Shown: positions 49,308-54,649 of the stretch, piece by piece
Layout: every line of letters begins with the position of its first letter
Numbering within the stretch: position 1 is the first letter of the stretch
Assembly (NCBI GenBank): GCA_011364975.1
Contig: RDOE01000016.1
Coordinates: forward strand, 1-54,649
Direction of reading: 5' to 3'
Length of the DNA stretch: 54,649 nucleotides
Source of the DNA: Promethearchaeota archaeon
GTDB lineage: Archaea; Asgardarchaeota; Lokiarchaeia; Sigyniarchaeales; SOKP01
Notes under the pieces: generated by a model
Database searches by the model: none
Told to the model about the DNA's origin: nothing
The model's input: only the letters and a program-made list of their open reading frames with translations
Position numbers and translations under genes: made by a program

Positions 49308-50582
49308 TCAGGTCGAGGTACAACTTCTACTTATACTTTTTGTTTCTGGACTTATACCTATATTTGTTAAATTAATAGTTAACTCATTCATTTCACTGGG
49401 AATTACGTAGATTTTTTTTCGAGTGTAAATAATCTTATCATTCTCATCACGGAACTGAATGTTAACTCTTCTATCTGGATATGCTACTCTAAATGTAAAG
49501 ATAATATCCTTTGATAAATCTCGTTTATTGATAATATCTGGTTTAATATAATTAACATTCTCCCCAGAATGGCATTCAATAATACCTTGGTCTTTTATTT
49601 TCTTTTTAAATCGAGTTTTAATATATTCGATAGCATTTTTTCCAGCTCGCTTCGCTTCTGCAGAAACTAAGTCGACCAGATCATGTACTTGAAGCACGTT
49701 TCCGCATGCAAAAACGCCTTCAATAGTCGTTTCTAAGTTATTATCCACAACCGGGCCATTATTTTTAGACAATTTTGCTCCAGCTTGAATAGTTAATTCA
49801 TTTTCAGGAATTAACCCCACAGAGAGTAATAACGTGTCACATTCTATAAATTTATCAGATCCAATTATTCTATCGAAATTTCTGTCAACCTTCGAAATTG
49901 TCACCCCTTGAACTCTGTCTTTTCCATGAATTTTGGTTACTGTATAGCTAGTAATTAAGGGAATATCATAATCTTCTAAGCATTGAACTTGATTACGAAG
50001 CAAACCACTTACATATGGTTGAATTTCAACTACAGCTTTTACTTTACAACCTTCCCATGTTAATCTTCTAGCCATGATCATGCCAATGTCTCCACTTCCA
50101 AGGATTACAAAAGTTCTCCCAGGTAAATAACCCTCAATATTGACGAATCTTTGAGCCTGTCCCGCGGTATATATCCCCGCAGGTCGAAACCCCGGAATAT
50201 TTATCGCTCCTCGCGTCCTTTCCCTACAGCCCATTGCAAGAATTATGGATTTTGCTTCTATTTCGATTAGACCATCTTGTTTGTTTACAGCATATATTTT
50301 TTTATCTTTAGTAATTTCAAATACCATCGTATCTAATAAGTAAGGAATTTTTAGATCCTTTACTTCATTGATGAATCTTTGAGCGTATTCAGGACCTGTT
50401 AATTCTTCCTCAAATTCTTTTAATCCAAATCCATTATGAATACATTGTAGTGTAATACCACCTAACTCTTTATCCCTTTCAATGATTAAGACACTCAAGT
50501 CTCCCCTTTTTACTTCTATTGCTGAAGCCATTCCAGCTGCTCCTGCTCCAATTACTACTATGTCAGCGTTATATTTTTTCAT
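49308..50582 (-). CDS. NAD(P)/FAD-dependent oxidoreductase (G3PDH-like cluster)
   Basis: GAGAAG, QCIHNGFG, AMGCRER, GSGDIG and FACGNVLQVHDLVD motifs. Confidence 0.9.
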   Translation of the reverse strand: MKKYNADIVVIGAGAAGMASAIEVKRGDLSVLIIERDKELGGITLQCIHNGFGLKEFEEELTGPEYAQRFINEVKDLKIPYLLDTMVFEITKDKKIYAVNKQDGLIEIEAKSIILAMGCRERTRGAINIPGFRPAGIYTAGQAQRFVNIEGYLPGRTFVILGSGDIGMIMARRLTWEGCKVKAVVEIQPYVSGLLRNQVQCLEDYDIPLITSYTVTKIHGKDRVQGVTISKVDRNFDRIIGSDKFIECDTLLLSVGLIPENELTIQAGAKLSKNNGPVVDNNLETTIEGVFACGNVLQVHDLVDLVSAEAKRAGKNAIEYIKTRFKKKIKDQGIIECHSGENVNYIKPDIINKRDLSKDIIFTFRVAYPDRRVNIQFRDENDKIIYTRKKIYVIPSEMNELTINLTNIGISPETKSISRSCTST

Positions 50583-52048
50583 TCTTCTTCACCTACTCGT
50601 AGCTCGTCTAAGACAAATTCTTTTGTCTTTCCTACTAAAAAGTTTGTATCCTCTCCTCTTTTTGTAACTTCTTCATAACTTATGTTTAACTCACGAGATA
50701 AAATCTCAATTACACGAGGTCGGCAAAATCCACCTTGACATCTTCCCATCCCAGGTCGACAACGAAATTTTATTCCATCTACAGTTGTGGCACCCACGGG
50801 AGCATGGATGGCATTCAAGATTTCAGCCTCTGGTATTGTCTCACATCTACAAATAATTCGGCCCCAAGAAGCATTTTCCATAATTTTCCTATCCAATTCT
50901 TCTTTGGATAAATCTTTAAATCGGTCAGGTTTTGGTCTTATTGGATTGTAATCTTCTTTAATTTTAAGTTCAACCCCTAATAATTCAAGAAATCCTATAA
51001 CTTTTTCAGCAATCGCAAAACAAGATGATAATCCAGGGGATAAAATGCCTGCCACATTTATAAAGCCATAAATGTCTGTATTATCAATAATAAAATCATA
51101 GCTATCCGGTATGGCTCTCAATCCAGCAAAATTTCTGATTGAAGCTCTTAAGGGTAGATTTGGTACAAGTAAGCGCCCTCCTTCAAGGATTTCTTTTAAT
51201 CCAGCCTCGGTAGTAGAAATATCTTTTTTATCATTTATATTTTGAGCATTGGGGCCAACGAATGTGTTTCCGTGAAGAGTTGGACATACCAAAATACCTT
51301 TAGATACTTTAGTGGGGATGGGAAAAAGAATTTTATTTAAATGCATTGCATTACGATCAAAAAGAATATATTCTCCCTTTCTTGGTAGAATTTCAAAATA
51401 ATCAAGTCCAACCATTCTTGATATTTTTCGTGCAAATAATCCAGCCGCGTTTATGACATTTCGACTTTTAAATACACCTGATTTAGTGGTAATTGTAAAA
51501 ATGTAATTTTGGTGTTTTATTTTAGATACTTTATGGTTTCTAAAAAATTTTACACCGTTCATAGCAGCATTTTCCGCTAAAGCAAAAGTCATCTCATAGG
51601 GACTTACTATACCAGCAGAGGGTGCATGTAAAACCCCCACAACATTATCTGTGATATTTGGTTCCATATATTTTATCTTTTGCTTATCTAAAATTAATTC
51701 AAGTCCTGGAATTCCGTCTTGTATGCCTAGCTTCCTTTCTTCTTCTAATTCTTTAATTTGATTTTCTTCTAAGGCAACAACAAACGATCCTATTCTTTGA
51801 AAGGGAAAGTTTAATTCCTCAGCAGCTTGAGTATATAGCTTATTTCCTCTTATACAAAGGTCTCTTTTTGAATATTCCCGAGGGGCAGCATAACCCGCAT
51901 GAACGACTCCAGAATTAGCCTTTGTAGTTCCAGAAGCAATATCAGCTTCTTTTTCTATTAATGCAACCTTAAGATCGTATTTTGATAGTGTGCGTGCGAT
52001 GCAACATCCTATAACTCCGCCACCTATGATAATAACATCATAGATCAA
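50579..52048 (-). CDS. FAD-dependent oxidoreductase with BFD-like [2Fe-2S] domain (GlpA/LhgO-like)
   Basis: GGGVIG, TTKANSGVVHAG, PRKGEY, CRCE and GRCQGGFC motifs. Confidence 0.9.
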   Translation of the reverse strand: MIYDVIIIGGGVIGCCIARTLSKYDLKVALIEKEADIASGTTKANSGVVHAGYAAPREYSKRDLCIRGNKLYTQAAEELNFPFQRIGSFVVALEENQIKELEEERKLGIQDGIPGLELILDKQKIKYMEPNITDNVVGVLHAPSAGIVSPYEMTFALAENAAMNGVKFFRNHKVSKIKHQNYIFTITTKSGVFKSRNVINAAGLFARKISRMVGLDYFEILPRKGEYILFDRNAMHLNKILFPIPTKVSKGILVCPTLHGNTFVGPNAQNINDKKDISTTEAGLKEILEGGRLLVPNLPLRASIRNFAGLRAIPDSYDFIIDNTDIYGFINVAGILSPGLSSCFAIAEKVIGFLELLGVELKIKEDYNPIRPKPDRFKDLSKEELDRKIMENASWGRIICRCETIPEAEILNAIHAPVGATTVDGIKFRCRPGMGRCQGGFCRPRVIEILSRELNISYEEVTKRGEDTNFLVGKTKEFVLDELRVGEEE

Positions 52049-52207
52049 AATTAGTTCCTCTTATGTTTGAATATAAAAATTAAATATTTTATATATTTTA
52101 AAACATAAGATTTCTTTAAAATTTATTTAGAACTAAGATGTTTTTTAATAGAAATGATATATAAATTTTATTTCTAAAATAAGATTATAAATTAATTGCT
52201 TTTAAGT

Positions 52208-52549
52208 TTAAAAAACAAAAAACCATAGAATATTAAAAACGATTGCTATTATTATCAATGCAATTGTTACGGGATTCAACATAGCAGTTCTCAATGCTTT
52301 TGTATATTTAATTTCAAGTTCTCCCTTCATAATTTTACTAAAAGCATTATATTTTGGATCCGTTGCTTCTTTTAAATGATATGATCCTAAGAATCTTGGA
52401 GTTGCTAGTGATTTAAGATATTTCGTGGGATTATTTGAGGGGTTAATTCTTAACTTATTTTGGTTAAATACCTCTTCATAATTTCTTATTGGTTGCCGAG
52501 GTTCTAAGTTCGAGTTATTTTTGTTAGATTTATTAATATTTTTGTCCAT
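52208..52549 (-). CDS. Hypothetical tail-anchored membrane protein
   Basis: Hydrophilic body with one hydrophobic segment at the extreme C-terminus. Confidence 0.6.
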   Translation of the reverse strand: MDKNINKSNKNNSNLEPRQPIRNYEEVFNQNKLRINPSNNPTKYLKSLATPRFLGSYHLKEATDPKYNAFSKIMKGELEIKYTKALRTAMLNPVTIALIIIAIVFNILWFFVF

Positions 52550-52643
52550 ATAAAAATCTCATATCCGTATTATTCTATCTCATTAGTTGTAAATCATTCT
52601 AGTCTTAAATTTCTTGTGATTATATAAAATAAAAAGGAAAAAT

Positions 52644-53057
52644 CTACCAAAAAGCCTCTCTTAGCTTATCAGTGGCTTCTTTTTCGGTTGAATAATCGAT
52701 ATATTTACTAAATTCAGAAAAAATACTTACATCGTTATCCCAGGTCAATAATACATCGTTATAAACCTCAAAAAATTTATCTGAGATAACTTTCAATTCA
52801 TCAATTACTTTCTTTTCTTTTACTTTATTTAAAGAACTACCTACAAATAGAAAATCTCTCCGTTTTACTATAACAAACCGAATATTGCTCATTTCAAAGT
52901 TAGAAATGCCACCATCAGAAAGTTTTTGGGCAAATGTGTTTAAAGCACTCATTAAAGCGCCAAAGAGTTGCGGATTTATTTTTTGATCAAACGCTCTCGA
53001 AAAAACAACCACGCCATTTTCGGTAATTATCCATAAATCCTTCAATAACCTTGGCAT
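52644..53057 (-). CDS. Longin-like domain protein
   Basis: LWIITENGVVVFSR...QLFGALMSALNTFA...ISNFEMSNIRFVIV...FLFVG...LKVISDKFFEVY pattern. Confidence 0.75.
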   Translation of the reverse strand: MPRLLKDLWIITENGVVVFSRAFDQKINPQLFGALMSALNTFAQKLSDGGISNFEMSNIRFVIVKRRDFLFVGSSLNKVKEKKVIDELKVISDKFFEVYNDVLLTWDNDVSIFSEFSKYIDYSTEKEATDKLREAFW

Positions 53058-53279
53058 AATATCCTCTACTTATAAAAAAATTAGTACATTATTATTATGG
53101 TGTGTTACCTATATAAAAAATCTTTTTTGATTAACTTTATCAAACTTATCAAAATTATTATCCATTTTGTAAATATTAAACTCATATTAAGATTTATAAA
53201 TTGTATCATTAACTTTAATTGTGATTAATAATATTACAGATTCTTTATTTTATAGTTTTATATACGCAACTATTATATT

Positions 53280-54566
53280 ATGAAGAGTATAAGATTTGAA
53301 TATGGGAAACAGGGATTAAATCTCAAACTCCAACCTTCTTGGAACGTGACTATTATTAAACCTGTTAAACAAAAGCCATTGAGCAATCCGATTAAAAGTT
53401 TAAGGGAAGCTATACAATACCCCTCTGGGTTTCCATCTTTACATGATATTATTAAAAACAAGGAAAAAATAGAATCTATTTGTATAGTTGTTTCGGATGC
53501 AACTCGTCCTGTTCCTTCATATTTAATAATTGATGCAATTATTGAGGAATTAAATAACAATGGATTAGAAAATAAACTAATAACGATACTTATTGCCACA
53601 GGGTTACATCACCCATCTAATGAAAAAGAAATAAAACGAATAGTGGGAGAAAAATATTATAATAAAGTGAGAGTTGTAAATCATATCGCTAAAGATAATG
53701 AATCGCTTCAATATATTGGATATTATGAAGAGGAGATTCCGGTTTTAATTAATAGATTATATATTGAAAGCGATTTAAAGATTCTAACAGGTTATGTTGA
53801 GCCTCACTTCTTTTTCGGTTTTTCAGGAGGGAAAAAATCTATTTGCCCCGGAATTGCAGGAAAAGAAACTATAATGGCTAATCATTCTGCTAAGAATATC
53901 GCGTCTCCCTTTTCCAGGTTTGGTATCTATGAAAGTAATCCTATGGCAATTATGTCTACTGAGATCGCAAAAAAAGTTGGTACCGATTTCGTTATTAATG
54001 TATGTATTAATGAATTTCATAAAATTACTAAAATTGCTACGGGTGATATAGAAGAAGTGCATAGACAATTGGTAAAGTATCAATTGGAGCATATATTTAC
54101 GGAAATTGATAAACCATTTGATATTGTTGTGTGCGGTAATGGAGGTTATCCGTTAGACCTCAACTTATATCAAGCTGTAAAGAGTATGGCAATCGGAGAA
54201 ATAGCAGTAAAACAAGGTGGAACGATAATCTCGGTAAATGAATGTTCTGATGGGATAGGTATTGGACAAGATGAGTTCAAAGAATTATTATTCTCAGGAT
54301 TGAAATCCACGGAAATTTATGATAAAGTGTTAAAAAAGGAAATTGAAGTTCCAGATCAATGGGAAATTCAAGTTTTAACGCGAGTAATGCAAAAAGCAAA
54401 GGTTTATGTAATTTCGAAATTGAAGGAAAATGAAATTGGAAATATAGGTCTAAAGTATGCAGTTAGTGTCGAAGAAGCGATCTCTAACTCACTTAAGATT
54501 CACGGAAAGGATGCTAGAATCTTAATTTTACCTAATGGGCCCCAAATACTCCCCAAATTAAGATAG
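53280..54566 (+). CDS. larA: Nickel-pincer lactate racemase family protein
   Basis: SDATRP, ATGLH, EPHFFFGFSGGKKSICPG, GGYPLDLNLYQAVK and DQW motifs. Confidence 0.9.
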   Translation: MKSIRFEYGKQGLNLKLQPSWNVTIIKPVKQKPLSNPIKSLREAIQYPSGFPSLHDIIKNKEKIESICIVVSDATRPVPSYLIIDAIIEELNNNGLENKLITILIATGLHHPSNEKEIKRIVGEKYYNKVRVVNHIAKDNESLQYIGYYEEEIPVLINRLYIESDLKILTGYVEPHFFFGFSGGKKSICPGIAGKETIMANHSAKNIASPFSRFGIYESNPMAIMSTEIAKKVGTDFVINVCINEFHKITKIATGDIEEVHRQLVKYQLEHIFTEIDKPFDIVVCGNGGYPLDLNLYQAVKSMAIGEIAVKQGGTIISVNECSDGIGIGQDEFKELLFSGLKSTEIYDKVLKKEIEVPDQWEIQVLTRVMQKAKVYVISKLKENEIGNIGLKYAVSVEEAISNSLKIHGKDARILILPNGPQILPKLR

Positions 54567-54649
54567 TATTATTCGAAGTTAAACTATGTGGAATTTCATT
54601 GTGATAAAAGTATTTTACTTAACCTCTTTAGGTCTCGAATCATTTTTTT

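Noticed and set aside
1007-54092. Short tracked ORFs nested in or antisense to longer genes (e.g. 1007, 6658, 8381, 10575, 11523, 13570, 13940, 14642, 16960, 20086, 22520, 23598, 24867, 28397, 31568, 32493, 33473, 38641, 39375, 42052, 43748, 44439, 44814, 46020, 47606, 48149, 50482, 53273, 53823)
   Set aside because: They overlap well-supported genes and lack recognisable motifs; expected shadow ORFs.
1-54649. CRISPR arrays, transposases, integrases, provirus or defence island
   Set aside because: No regularly spaced repeats or such protein motifs were seen by eye.

Overview
AT-rich, gene-dense archaeal chromosome segment. The gene content points to an Asgard archaeon, probably Lokiarchaeia/Promethearchaeota (inference): archaeal histone, S30e, proteasome beta, intron-containing tRNA, two-domain gelsolin, longin, Rab-like, MIT, RING, EMC3/TMCO1 and methanofuran genes. 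No mobile element, CRISPR array or rRNA was seen. Features the ORF track misses or truncates: (1) selD really starts at 9962, reads through an in-frame TGA (selenocysteine, GUSCK) and has a eukaryote-type SECIS in its 3' UTR; (2) an unannotated H/ACA guide RNA (K-turn, ACA box, pocket complementary to 23S rRNA helix 69) between the pantothenate kinase and hxlB genes; (3) tRNA-Trp(CCA) with a 28-nt intron and a 4-bp anticodon stem; (4) a 55-aa zinc-ribbon microprotein. The best candidate for an undescribed system is a 777-aa EF-G/EF-2-like translational GTPase fused to a YqgF/RuvC-like RNase H-fold nuclease, directly downstream of a dual-specificity phosphatase. A 970-aa HEAT + PCI-like + Ig-like protein resembling adaptin/coatomer architecture is also notable. 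All family calls come from motif recognition by eye; no database searches were run.
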